NCBI GenBank assembly: GCA_963675745.2
Contig: CAXXWX010000026.1
Coordinates: 480,001 to 544,000 of the forward strand
Source of the DNA: Phycisphaerae bacterium
GTDB taxonomy: Bacteria > Planctomycetota > Phycisphaerae > UBA1845 > Fen-1342
Length of the DNA: 64,000 bases
Direction: 5' to 3'
Part shown: positions 9,754 to 19,446 of the stretch, one piece after another
Layout of the letters: every line of letters starts with the position of its first letter
Numbering within the stretch: position 1 is the first letter of the stretch
The notes under the pieces: generated by a model
The model's database searches: none
What the model saw: only the letters and a program-made list of their open reading frames with translations
What the model was told of the DNA's origin: nothing
Position numbers and translations under genes: made by a program

Positions 9754-10798
9754 TCATGTCCTTTTCCGAGCCCTTGCCGCTGATGACCACCTCGCCGGCG
9801 TCCTCCAGACGCCGAACGATGTCGACAATCGCCTGCTGGGCCGCCTCGACGTCGCTGACGCGTACCGGCCCCATGAATTCCATCTCTTCCTTGATGAGCT
9901 GTGCGGCGCGCTCGGACATATTCTTGAAGAGGTGCTCCTTGAGCTCGTCGCTGGCGGTCTTCAGCGCCATGGCCAGCTCCTCGTTGGCGACGTCCTTGAG
10001 AACCGCCTGGATACCCTTGTCGTTGACGTGCAGGATGTCCTCGAACACAAACATCAGTCGGCGGATTTCTTCGACCAGGGTGGGGTTGTCCTGCTCCAGG
10101 CCTTCGAGGATGGCCTTTTCCGCGGCGCGGCCCGCCAGGTTGAGAATCTCGGCCACCGCCGGCACGCCGCCAACGCGTTCAAACCGTTCTGAAACCAGGC
10201 CCGCCAGGCGTTTCTCCAGTCCGTGCTCGACCTCCTTGATCACGTCCGGGCTGGTCTGGTCCATATTGGCAACCCGGCTGACCACGTCGATCTGGCGATC
10301 TGTATCCAGCCCCACCATGATCTCGCTGGCCATGCCCGGCGGGACGTGAGAGAGCACCAGCGCGATCGTCTGCGGGTGTTCCTCTTGCAGGAACATCAGC
10401 AGGTTTTCTTTCTCGGTCTTCTGGAGAAAGCTGAATGGCTGCTTGTGAACCTGGTGTTCGATGGTCTCAATGATGCGCCTGGCTTCATCCGGCGGCAGCG
10501 ACTTCAACAATAATGAACGCGCCCAGGGAAGCCCCCCCATCTTCGAGAACTGCCGGTCCTGGATCAGCTTGTAGAACTCGCGCACAACCTCCTGGCGCAC
10601 ACTGCTCGTAACACGATCCAGGGCCACGATCTCGCGCGAGAGATCCTCGACAAACTCAGCCGGCAACGCCTTCATAAGCTTGGCGGCCGCATCCTGGTCC
10701 AGCGCCAAGAGCACAATGGCGGCCTTTTGCTGGCCGGTGAGATCCTCGACCTTTGTTATCCCGGCTTCCTCGCCAGACCGTCCCATTGCCATCACCAT
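9746..10798 (-). CDS. fliG: Flagellar motor switch protein FliG
   Basis: QKAAIVLL, EHPQTIALVLS, MFVFED, NMSERAA, MGPVRVSDVEAAQ. Confidence 0.97.
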   Translation of the reverse strand: MVMAMGRSGEEAGITKVEDLTGQQKAAIVLLALDQDAAAKLMKALPAEFVEDLSREIVALDRVTSSVRQEVVREFYKLIQDRQFSKMGGLPWARSLLLKSLPPDEARRIIETIEHQVHKQPFSFLQKTEKENLLMFLQEEHPQTIALVLSHVPPGMASEIMVGLDTDRQIDVVSRVANMDQTSPDVIKEVEHGLEKRLAGLVSERFERVGGVPAVAEILNLAGRAAEKAILEGLEQDNPTLVEEIRRLMFVFEDILHVNDKGIQAVLKDVANEELAMALKTASDELKEHLFKNMSERAAQLIKEEMEFMGPVRVSDVEAAQQAIVDIVRRLEDAGEVVISGKGSEKDMIV

Positions 10799-10808
10799 TC
10801 ACCGGGGG

Positions 10809-12533
10809 TTAGTCGTGGTTCTCCACCCAGCGCTCCATCAGGCCGGCCACCACGCTTGGATCCGACTCGGTCAGATCCGCGACTTGCTGCATCATCTTCT
10901 GCATCTGCACCACGGATTCCTCAACCTCTTCGGCTACCAACACACCGTCCGTGGCACGCGACTTTCTAAACGTCGGCGAAGTTTCGTCGTCGTCATCTTC
11001 CGCGTCGCCGGTGGCCCCCGAGGCACGCGGTGAACCGGCCTTCTTATCCTCGGTGGCTGACTGTCGGGCCATCTCGATCGCCTCCTTGGGTAAGCCGAGC
11101 TCCATCGCGTACGCCTCACCCGCCTTCGAGCGGCGCGCCATCCGCAGCATGATTCCCAGCGACATCAGCGCCAGCAGGCCCAATCCAGCCTGTGGTCCAT
11201 AACGTTGGGCCAGGTCGGCAGCGCCGTCGAGTGAGCTCGCCGCGGCCGTAGGCACATCACCCGGCACGCGGTAATACCAGTGCAAGGCGATCGAGTGTTC
11301 GTCTATGCGCGTCTCCTGCCCCCAGATAAGCATGCGAACCTGGTCGCGAATGCGTGGCTGCTCCTGTTGGAAGACCTGCTCTAGCTGCTCGTACGTCGGC
11401 TCCGCACCCTCTTCCACATCGGGGTTCATGCGCGCGTAGATATTGCTCAGGTAGTAGTCCGACAGGAATATCGCCGCGGTTATTTCCTCGACGCCGCCAC
11501 TGGGGGTCTTCTCGATCTTGGTCTCGAGTCCGGGGGTGCCGCGTGTTTTCGTGGTGTCCTGGTTGGTCTGCTCGCGTAGCCCGGCGTTGGCCACGGCCCC
11601 GGTCCCCGTGTTGGCGCGCACACCCGGCTCGCCACTGACCTGGCCAATCGTCGAGGTCATGCTGGTCGTTTCGGTTTCGATCTCGACGGGTGTGGTCGGT
11701 GACTCCGTTGTCATCTGCCGGCTGGTGGCATTCAGTTTAACGGTCACCTCAGCCCGGGCATGCGGGTCGGGCATGTGCCGCAGGATTTTCTCGGTGATCT
11801 TGAGTTCGCGCTGTAATTGCTCGCGGTAGAGACGAGACGCGCTGCCGTCGGCGTCATCCTCAGGGTTCCAGGCCCGCCGACCGCGGCTGTCCAGCACATC
11901 AACATCTTCCGCGCTCAGACCACTCACGGCCCCCGCGACCAGGCGCGCCGCGGCTATGGCCAGGCTCCTTGCGACCGGGGTGCCGTCTTTCATGGTCAAG
12001 GTCACGCTGGCCGTACTGTGATATTCGTGACGGGCCACCAGCGTGCGCTTCGAATTGAGATTGAGGAAAACGCTGGCCTGCTTGACGCCATCGAACGTGC
12101 GCAACACGCGCACCAACTCCTGCTGGAGCGCGACTGTCCACCGGCGCCGATTCTCCTCCTGGGAAATCCACGGATTGGATTCCTGCACCAGGGCTGTAAA
12201 CCCCGAGCTGATGTCGGCGGGCATGCGGTTGTCTTGCTGCAGGCGCGCCAGCAAGGCCGGGCGGTTGGCCGACGCGCTGACATAGACACGCGAGCCTTCG
12301 ACGCTCACGGGCTCGTTCATCGCTTCGAGCCCGGCGCGGATAGTCGCCAGTTCCTCAGGCTGTAAATCCTGCCCGAGCAGGGCCACCATCTCCGGCTTGG
12401 CCGCCCACTGCGCCATCCACACGACCGACGCCGCAATCAGCACGGCGGCGAGCACGATCGCCAGGCGTTGCGACAGCGTCATGCCTTGAAGCTGCGCCGC
12501 GACTTGCGCGAGGATTTTCTTGAGTGACTCCAT
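10809..12533 (-). CDS. fliF: Flagellar M-ring protein FliF
   Basis: Two TM segments, ALQQELVRVLRTFDGVKQASV and TASVTL motifs; between fliE and fliG. Confidence 0.9.
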   Translation of the reverse strand: MESLKKILAQVAAQLQGMTLSQRLAIVLAAVLIAASVVWMAQWAAKPEMVALLGQDLQPEELATIRAGLEAMNEPVSVEGSRVYVSASANRPALLARLQQDNRMPADISSGFTALVQESNPWISQEENRRRWTVALQQELVRVLRTFDGVKQASVFLNLNSKRTLVARHEYHSTASVTLTMKDGTPVARSLAIAAARLVAGAVSGLSAEDVDVLDSRGRRAWNPEDDADGSASRLYREQLQRELKITEKILRHMPDPHARAEVTVKLNATSRQMTTESPTTPVEIETETTSMTSTIGQVSGEPGVRANTGTGAVANAGLREQTNQDTTKTRGTPGLETKIEKTPSGGVEEITAAIFLSDYYLSNIYARMNPDVEEGAEPTYEQLEQVFQQEQPRIRDQVRMLIWGQETRIDEHSIALHWYYRVPGDVPTAAASSLDGAADLAQRYGPQAGLGLLALMSLGIMLRMARRSKAGEAYAMELGLPKEAIEMARQSATEDKKAGSPRASGATGDAEDDDDETSPTFRKSRATDGVLVAEEVEESVVQMQKMMQQVADLTESDPSVVAGLMERWVENHD

Positions 12534-12679
12534 TCGGGCAACTCCCGGTCGGCTCCGCCAACCGCCCACCCCGCTGTCGCGCGGGCACGACCCCGCGGAT
12601 CATCAGTCGCACTCTCAAGCGTCGTCCGCCGGGAGCATCCCCTGATGCGGCCCGGCGCTACCGGTTCGTATGCCGCGCG

Positions 12680-12991
12680 CTAGACGCGCACCTGGCGAAG
12701 CTCTGAGTAGGCGTCCACCAGCTTGTTGCGAATCTCCATCAAGAGCGTGAAGGCCACCTCGGCCTTGCGCGCCGTGGCGAATACCTCGGTGATGTTCTGT
12801 GACTCGCCGGTCAAAAGACGCTGCACACTGTCGTTCGCATCCGCCTGCATCTCGCTGACTTCGGCCAGTTGCGACTTAAGCGCGGCGGCAAAGTCGGTCG
12901 CAGCGCCCCCGGACGGCTTGGCCGCCGCGCCGGCGGCCCCCCCTCCACCACCAACCGGTCGTACGCCCTGGGTAGAAATCGGATCGATCAT
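12680..12991 (-). CDS. fliE: Flagellar hook-basal body protein FliE
   Basis: KAEVAFTLLMEIRNKLVDAYSEL. Confidence 0.95.
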   Translation of the reverse strand: MIDPISTQGVRPVGGGGGAAGAAAKPSGGAATDFAAALKSQLAEVSEMQADANDSVQRLLTGESQNITEVFATARKAEVAFTLLMEIRNKLVDAYSELRQVRV

Positions 12992-13022
12992 GGTCAGCAA
13001 TCACACGCCCGCGCGGGGGCTA

Positions 13023-13421
13023 TCAGGCAAACAGCCTGATCGTATCCCGCATCAGTGTCTTTGAGATATTCAGGACGGCCAGGTTTGCCTCATAGGCGCG
13101 CGTGGCCTCCATCGCGTCGATGTATTCCATCGTGATATTCACGTTCGGCAGTTGAACGTACCCGTCGGCGCCGGCATCCGGATGCGCGGGGTCGTGACGA
13201 AGCTGGAACGGCGCCTGATCCTCGCGAACCTTCGTTACGTGTACTCCCGGGCCCCCGTCCGGGGCACCGGTCATAAACTCGACGAAACGCCGGCGATACG
13301 GCGTGCTGCTGCCGTCTTCCTGGCGCGTAACATGCGCGTTGGCAATGTTGCCGGCTATCACGTCCAGCCGCGTGCGCTGCGCAACGAGTGCCGATGTGCT
13401 GATGTCAAAGGCGTCAATCAT
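13023..13421 (-). CDS. flgC: Flagellar basal-body rod protein FlgC
   Basis: IAGNIANA, PYRRR, DPAHPDA..DGYV.LPNV, RAYEAN. Confidence 0.96.
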   Translation of the reverse strand: MIDAFDISTSALVAQRTRLDVIAGNIANAHVTRQEDGSSTPYRRRFVEFMTGAPDGGPGVHVTKVREDQAPFQLRHDPAHPDAGADGYVQLPNVNITMEYIDAMEATRAYEANLAVLNISKTLMRDTIRLFA

Positions 13422-13855
13422 CCGCTCTTGCCTCTTATGGCGGTCAGTAAGGCACCGTAGCGAGTCTGTAGCAAGTTCAGTGCCATCTGATGATCGAGTG
13501 CGTTGCGGGTCACTTCGGACATCAGTGTTTCCAGCCGGGCGTTTGTTCCGTCGTGAAAAAGCACGTTCGGGGCGCTTGTGACAGCGGGTCGCACGGATAC
13601 CCGACCGTCAGGTCCACCGCAAAATTGCGCGTTTCCGCGCAAGTCCAGTCGTTGCAGCCGATCATCGCGCGAGCGCTTTAGCGCCTCGCTGAGCGACTTC
13701 TGAAACGCCGAGCGATCCAGTTGGCGGGCGCGGTAGTCGGGCGTGTCGATGTTGGCGATGTTCTCGGCGAGAACGCGGTGCCGCTCCTCGGTGAACATCG
13801 CGGCCAGTTCGACGGCGCGCGTCGTTCGAGATGCCAGAATGCCGTCCAGCCACAT
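13418..13855 (-). CDS. flgB: Flagellar basal-body rod protein FlgB
   Basis: RHRVLAENIANIDTPDY and DGTNARLE motifs; start MWLDG chosen. Confidence 0.93.
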   Translation of the reverse strand: MWLDGILASRTTRAVELAAMFTEERHRVLAENIANIDTPDYRARQLDRSAFQKSLSEALKRSRDDRLQRLDLRGNAQFCGGPDGRVSVRPAVTSAPNVLFHDGTNARLETLMSEVTRNALDHQMALNLLQTRYGALLTAIRGKSG

Positions 13856-13895
13856 ATCGCCACACCACCGCCGTGTCACACCCCATCGCGAGCGA

Positions 13896-13911
13896 AGCAA
13901 TCCGCGTACCA
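13896..13911 (-). promoter_or_regulatory. Sigma54 (-24/-12) promoter of the flgB operon
   Basis: Minus strand TGGTACGCGGATTGCT closely matches TGGCAC-N5-TTGC, 40 bp upstream of flgB, next to a sigma54 activator gene. Confidence 0.75.
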
Positions 13912-13920
13912 GCCAGGGTG

Positions 13921-15327
13921 TCAGCGGATGGACACGGACTGACGACGGGGCGCAAATTCCTCCAACGTGCCCTCGTCACGCCATTTCTTCAGTTTGAGCC
14001 CCAGCGTCCGCAGACCAATCCCGAGTGCGCGGGACGTCTTCTCGCGATGGCCGTTGAAACGCCGCAACGCGTGCATGATCAGGTCACGCTCGGCGTCGGC
14101 CAGGATGCGCCCATCGCGATACTCCAGCGCTTCTATAGGCGCGGCGGCGGTCTTGATCGGTCCGGCCAGCAGCGGCGCGACGGCGTTCGCGCCAACCTCC
14201 TGGCCGGATTCGAGCACGCACACGCGTTCACACAGATTCTGGAGTTCGCGCACATTCCCCGGCCACGCGTACTCGCCCAACAGGGCCAACGCCTCACGCG
14301 TGAACTTCGGCCGCGGGCGGCCTTCACGCTCACAGACGCGTCCAACAAAATGGTCCATGAGCAGTGGCGTATCTTCGGGCCGTTCCCGCAACGGCGGAAC
14401 CTCGATCGGCAATACGCTCAGACGGTAATACAAATCGGCCCGGAACTTCGCCTTGGCCGACCAGTCGCGCAGGTCGCGGTTGGTTGTCGCGATTACGCGC
14501 ACGTCGGCGCGACGCGTTACCGAGCTGCCGACGCGCTCATACTCGTGCTCCTGCAAGACGCGCAGCAGCTTCGCCTGGAGCGTCGGCGCAATCTCGGAAA
14601 CCTCATCGAGCAGCAGCGTCCCGCCATCGGCCAGTTCGAAGCGCCCCTTACGCAGGCGGTCCGCACCGGTGAACGCGCCCTTCTCATGGCCGAACAGCTC
14701 GCTCTCGAGCAAGGTCGGGGACAGCGCCGCGCAATTCACGCACAGCATCGGCTTGTCGGCGCGCGGCGAGGCGGCGTGAATGGCACGCGCGATGAGCTCC
14801 TTGCCGGTACCGCTCTCACCGGTGATCAGCACCGTGGCCGTGCTCTGAGCCAGACGCTGGACCTTTTCGAGCACGGGCTTCATGGCGGGCGAATGTCCGA
14901 TCAACTGCCGGTCGCGCATCATGTCTTCGAGCGTGCGGCGCATAGCCTCGTTGTCGCGCACCAGGTCCCGGTCGCGCACCGCCCGCTCAATCAGAATCGC
15001 CAGCTCCTCGGAATCGAAGGGCTTCTGGATGTAGTCAAACGCGCCGAGCTTCATGGCCTCGACCGCCGTTGCAACCGAGGCGTGCGCGGTCATGAGCACA
15101 ACCGGCACATCGATGCCCAGGCGGCGCATCTCGCGCAGCAACCCGACGCCGTCCATGCCCGGCAGCCGCAAGTCTGTCAGCACGACGTCGAATGATCGCT
15201 GGCGGATGCTGGTCAGCGCATCCTGGGCATTATCGAAGGCGAATACCTGGTGGTCCTGGGCGGCGAGTGTCGCCTGGACCGACTCACGCATCAGGGCCTG
15301 ATCGTCAACTACACACACACAAGCCAT
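13921..15327 (-). CDS. Sigma54-dependent response regulator (FleR/FlrC/FlgR type)
   Basis: REC domain, GESGTGKE, GAFTGA, WPGNVREL, C-terminal Fis-type HTH. Confidence 0.93.
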   Translation of the reverse strand: MACVCVVDDQALMRESVQATLAAQDHQVFAFDNAQDALTSIRQRSFDVVLTDLRLPGMDGVGLLREMRRLGIDVPVVLMTAHASVATAVEAMKLGAFDYIQKPFDSEELAILIERAVRDRDLVRDNEAMRRTLEDMMRDRQLIGHSPAMKPVLEKVQRLAQSTATVLITGESGTGKELIARAIHAASPRADKPMLCVNCAALSPTLLESELFGHEKGAFTGADRLRKGRFELADGGTLLLDEVSEIAPTLQAKLLRVLQEHEYERVGSSVTRRADVRVIATTNRDLRDWSAKAKFRADLYYRLSVLPIEVPPLRERPEDTPLLMDHFVGRVCEREGRPRPKFTREALALLGEYAWPGNVRELQNLCERVCVLESGQEVGANAVAPLLAGPIKTAAAPIEALEYRDGRILADAERDLIMHALRRFNGHREKTSRALGIGLRTLGLKLKKWRDEGTLEEFAPRRQSVSIR

Positions 15328-15350
15328 AATTCGTTCCCTTTCACTCCTGG

Positions 15351-16250
15351 CTAGGCCGCACTGATCCCTGGTTGGTCAGCCGGCGGGACTGCCGTTTGGT
15401 CGTTGTCGCTGGGCGTCGGAAATTCGATGGTGAATTCGGCGCCGCCCTCGGCGCGGTTGCGCGCCACGAGCGTTCCGCCGTGTGCCTCGATGAGCCGGTG
15501 CGCGATGGTCAGCCCCAGCCCGGTACCCTGTTCCTTGGTGGTGAAGAACGGGTCGAAAATGCGATCGAGAACCTCGGGAGCCAGACCGGTCCCACGGTCG
15601 CTCACGCGCACGCTCACAAAGCCACCGTCGGCGCAGCCCGCGTGTACGTCGACGATGCTCTGCGGCATGGATGCCTGGGCCGCATTACTGATCAGGTTCA
15701 CGATGACGCGTTGCAGACCATCCGGATGGCCCATCACGCTGGCCTGCGGATCGTCGAGTGTCAGCTCGAGCGTAACGGCGTGATCGTGCAACACACCGTC
15801 GCAGACGTCGATGGCTCGTTCAATGATCTCGCGCAGCGAGCACGCGGTGCCACGACCACCGCGCGGGGCCAGCGCCAGCGTGTCGCGAACCACGCCATCG
15901 ATAGCCGCAATGCCCGTCTCGATCTTGTCGATCAGTTTCAGCGCCTCGGCCGCGTGCCGGCCGCGAACCTCGCCGCGCAACAGCCCGCTATAAAGCTGGA
16001 TCGCGCCGAGCGGGTTACGGACCTCGTGGGCCACTCCGGCCGCCAGTTCACCGAGCGCGGCGAGCCGCCGGCGCCGCTCCAGCTCGCGATCCTTCGAGGC
16101 CAGCTCCCGGCGCAGGCGTTCGACTTCGCCGCGTAGCGTCTCGTGCGTGGCCTGGAGGCGTTGCGCGACGTCCATATACTCGCGCAGCACATCACTTAAC
16201 GCGTCGGGCGTCTCAGCATTCAAATCTTGCGTAGCGGTTTGCGCTACCAT
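15351..16250 (-). CDS. Cytoplasmic sensor histidine kinase (FleS/FlrB/FlgS type)
   Basis: AHEVRNPL H-box, NAAQA N-box, DRGTG, FDPFFTTK, GTGLGL; no TM. Confidence 0.92.
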   Translation of the reverse strand: MVAQTATQDLNAETPDALSDVLREYMDVAQRLQATHETLRGEVERLRRELASKDRELERRRRLAALGELAAGVAHEVRNPLGAIQLYSGLLRGEVRGRHAAEALKLIDKIETGIAAIDGVVRDTLALAPRGGRGTACSLREIIERAIDVCDGVLHDHAVTLELTLDDPQASVMGHPDGLQRVIVNLISNAAQASMPQSIVDVHAGCADGGFVSVRVSDRGTGLAPEVLDRIFDPFFTTKEQGTGLGLTIAHRLIEAHGGTLVARNRAEGGAEFTIEFPTPSDNDQTAVPPADQPGISAA

Positions 16251-16354
16251 CGCATCCTCTTGCCGGGATGATCGGCGTCCGGTTTTTCACGTCCACTTGG
16301 ACCCCGGCCCCGGCTCGAACACCGGCCTGTAACCGGGGCCACACACCCCACAGA

Positions 16355-16819
16355 TCAGCCGCTGATATCTGCGGTCGGATTACCGCGTGTGCGGTTCTGC
16401 TTGGCATACGCCGCATTGGCCGTGCGTCCGCCGGTAACACTGTTGGCCTCCGCGGCGATCATCTGTTTCTTCACCGAGAGCAAGGCGCCGTCCTCCCGGT
16501 CGGCCTTGAGGATCACCTGCAACGTCTTGTTGATCTCCTCGAGGATCACGCCGGCCTGGTTCCGCAAATCCTCGGGCAGCGAACCATAGGTGCCGCCCCA
16601 ATTGCGCCGATACGGGGCAAGCTGCATGTTGAGCTGTGCGAGCCGGCCGACGAGGTTCTGACGCTCGCGCAACAGGTCGAGCAGCTTCTCGGGCTGGTCG
16701 CCGGAGATGAGCCCGCGCTGCTGGTCCGCCAACTGGCGCAGTCGCCGGTACAAATCGCGTTGCTGAGTAAGCAGCTCCATCAAGCGCTGCGCGTCGATCG
16801 CTTCGGAAGTCTCTCGCAT
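16355..16819 (-). CDS. flgN: Flagellar export chaperone FlgN-like protein
   Basis: Helical 154-aa protein, LRQLADQQRGLISGDQPEKLLDLLRERQNLV pattern, flagellar context. Confidence 0.65.
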   Translation of the reverse strand: MRETSEAIDAQRLMELLTQQRDLYRRLRQLADQQRGLISGDQPEKLLDLLRERQNLVGRLAQLNMQLAPYRRNWGGTYGSLPEDLRNQAGVILEEINKTLQVILKADREDGALLSVKKQMIAAEANSVTGGRTANAAYAKQNRTRGNPTADISG

Positions 16820-16856
16820 ATCGGGGCTCCTGTTAGTGGCTTCCTGCCCGTTGCTA

Positions 16857-19226
16857 TCAATCGGTCAGCATCTCTCGAAAGAGATGCGATGAGGCCACGG
16901 CGGTCAGGTATTCGTCCCACTCACCGCGGTCGGTTCCTTCACCAAGCTCTCTAAATGCCTGGTCCGGGATGTTGCGCAGCAGCCACTGCGCGCGCACGAC
17001 GGCCCGAGCCGCCTCCGACATCTCCCCCAGCCGCAGGTGGATGTTGGCAAGTTGCACCTGTGCGGCCAATGAAGCCGGCTCTTGCTCGTAACGCACTGCG
17101 GCCTGTTCATACGCCTCCAGCGCCTCCCGCAGCGCGTCAACGGTGCTCAGCGCCAGCAGACAGTCGCCGCGGTTGAACCGGGCCAGCCGCTCGAGTGTTG
17201 CCGCACTTGGTCCCTGCTCACCCGGCGCGGGGATCTCGCCCAGAAACGCCTGATACAAGTCGGCGGCCAACCGCAAGCGCCGCTGAGCCTGCTGTTCGTA
17301 CGCCTCGGGATTCTCGCTGTCGGCCGCTTCGGCGCGCAGCGCCAGCGCGCTGCGCCGGTATGTTTCAGCCAGCAGAAATCGAGCCTTCGCGCGCTGGCTG
17401 CCATTCGGGTAGAGCGTGTCGAGGGCTTCGAGTTGCGCGATGGCGTCGGCGTAACGCCCCTCGCGGTAAAGCAGTTGACAACGCCGCAATAAGGCGGCGC
17501 GGAATTCCTCGGCCTCCGGACCGAAGTGCTTTCCGTCCAGCAGACCATCCAGCATCTGCTCGGCTTCTTCGTAACGCTCGGGGCCCAGAGCAATCAGGCA
17601 ATCCGACGCGTGCAGCATCGCCCGAGCCGCCTCGGGAAGTGCGGGGAGCTCGTCGATGAGCCGGCGATAGGCCGCCACCGCGTCTTCGAGTAGCCCATCC
17701 ACCTGGTACCCACGGCCCAGGTTCAGCAGCGCCTCCGCCAATCGCGGATCGTCATCGACCAGGTTCACGAAGCTGGTGAGCATACGCCGCGCGTCTTTCA
17801 CCAAGCCGCAGCGGTCGTATTGCTCCGCGGCATCCCAGAGCAGTGTCTGGTAGCGTTCACCATCCTCAACGGCCAGGGGGGCCGCCGTCTCGAAGCTGCG
17901 CGCCGCTGAACAGCGATACTCCGCCTCTTCGACCCCCGGCGGCATCTGGTCGGCAGCCTCGACGTATGTCCGGCCGAGACGCTCGTAGAGCACCGATCTG
18001 ATCTGCGGCATGCTCTCGGGCGTAAGCTCGACCGCCAGTTTCAGGTATGCCAGTGCCGGCACCAACGCCCGCCGCTCGTGCTGACGCTCAAACAGCTCCA
18101 CCAACGCCACGCGCAAGGCCGTTCGTCCACGCTGGGTCAGCGACGGCCGCACGGCGGTCTCCGCGGCGGCGTCGCGAAGGGCCTGCAATGCGGCCGAGTG
18201 TCGCTCGAGCATGCTGAGCGCCTGCCCGCGACCGACAGTCGCCGAGATCCACACATCGTCCTCGGGGTGCATCTCCAGCGCGTCGCTGAAAGCGCGCAGC
18301 GCATCGCGCGGTCGCAGTTCGGCGAGCTCCAGCTCGCCGAGCAGGCAGCGGTTCAAAGCCGGCAGATTCCCATGCTCAGCCAGCGCTTCCATCGGCAGCG
18401 GCGAGGCTTGCAGCCATTCATCCACCCACTGGATCACCGGCGCCGCTTCGTCCATGCGCCCTTCGGCCACAAGCAGCGATGCTTCGAGGTATTCCGAATA
18501 GGCCTTCAGATCGGAGCTCTTCAGACGATCGCCGAAGCGTTCCAACAACTGCCGGGCCAGCGCCTGATCGCCGACGGTGAGAGCATCATCAAAGGCGCGG
18601 CGTAGAGCCCACCAGGTGTCGTGGGGATCGGCGCCCTCGTCGGCCAGTAGCGTGTACAGGTAGCGCCGACGCTCGGCGGCGTCATCGGGTCGTCCCCCCA
18701 GCAGGGCAACCAGGCGGCGGATCATCCGCCGACGCGCGTCCGCTGTCGGGTCTTGGTCGAGCGCCGCGCGATAGCCCGCAATGGCGTCGTCCGCGCGCCC
18801 GCACCAGTCGCGCGCGGCGGCAATGCGCTGGAGTCGCTCCGCAGTCGGCGGCATCCCCATCTGCTCGGCCTGCTCGTGGTGCTCGACGAGCAGCGCCAGA
18901 TTCTTGGGGTTGGGGACGTCGCGCCGAGACTCACGCTGATATATCAGGTTGGCGAGGAAATCATGCAGCCGTGCCTGCTGAAGCGCCGGCAGCGGTGGAT
19001 TGTTGGCGAGCAGGTTCGCCGCCGCGTCAGCCGCATCGCTTTCCTCTCCAGCGCTGGCCAGAAGCTGGATGTCCGCCATCAGGGCTTCAAAGCGAGGCGG
19101 CACTGGCGGCGGTCGCAGGCGATACAGCGCAACGCCGATCATCGCAGCGGCCGCCAACGCGACCGGGACCTGCCAACGACCCGCCAGAAACTCGGCCAAA
19201 GCTCGGCCAGTTCGCATGTTGCTCAT
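16857..19226 (-). CDS. Membrane-anchored tetratricopeptide repeat protein
   Basis: N-terminal hydrophobic helix, multiple TPR-like units (EALLNLGRGY...AVAAYRRLIDELP); start uncertain (19217-19304). Confidence 0.8.
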   Translation of the reverse strand: MSNMRTGRALAEFLAGRWQVPVALAAAAMIGVALYRLRPPPVPPRFEALMADIQLLASAGEESDAADAAANLLANNPPLPALQQARLHDFLANLIYQRESRRDVPNPKNLALLVEHHEQAEQMGMPPTAERLQRIAAARDWCGRADDAIAGYRAALDQDPTADARRRMIRRLVALLGGRPDDAAERRRYLYTLLADEGADPHDTWWALRRAFDDALTVGDQALARQLLERFGDRLKSSDLKAYSEYLEASLLVAEGRMDEAAPVIQWVDEWLQASPLPMEALAEHGNLPALNRCLLGELELAELRPRDALRAFSDALEMHPEDDVWISATVGRGQALSMLERHSAALQALRDAAAETAVRPSLTQRGRTALRVALVELFERQHERRALVPALAYLKLAVELTPESMPQIRSVLYERLGRTYVEAADQMPPGVEEAEYRCSAARSFETAAPLAVEDGERYQTLLWDAAEQYDRCGLVKDARRMLTSFVNLVDDDPRLAEALLNLGRGYQVDGLLEDAVAAYRRLIDELPALPEAARAMLHASDCLIALGPERYEEAEQMLDGLLDGKHFGPEAEEFRAALLRRCQLLYREGRYADAIAQLEALDTLYPNGSQRAKARFLLAETYRRSALALRAEAADSENPEAYEQQAQRRLRLAADLYQAFLGEIPAPGEQGPSAATLERLARFNRGDCLLALSTVDALREALEAYEQAAVRYEQEPASLAAQVQLANIHLRLGEMSEAARAVVRAQWLLRNIPDQAFRELGEGTDRGEWDEYLTAVASSHLFREMLTD

Positions 19227-19446
19227 CCAGAGCGGTAACCGGGGCATCCTGCCTGGCGGCGCGGACTCCGTCCTTTCTGTCAGGCCCTGACAGACAGCCG
19301 CCACGAATAACTAAGACACTCTATCGGCCGAATGCACGGGATGGCCGCACCGAAAGCCCCGGGCGTCGTATGGTGGATAGCGGTGGTTACAGATTGAGGC
19401 TCGGCGCAGCCGATACTGATGCAGGCGTCCCGAGACGGGGCTGACT

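Noticed and set aside
13831..15195. 454-aa plus-strand ORF
   Set aside because: Antisense shadow of the sigma54 regulator, typical of high-GC DNA
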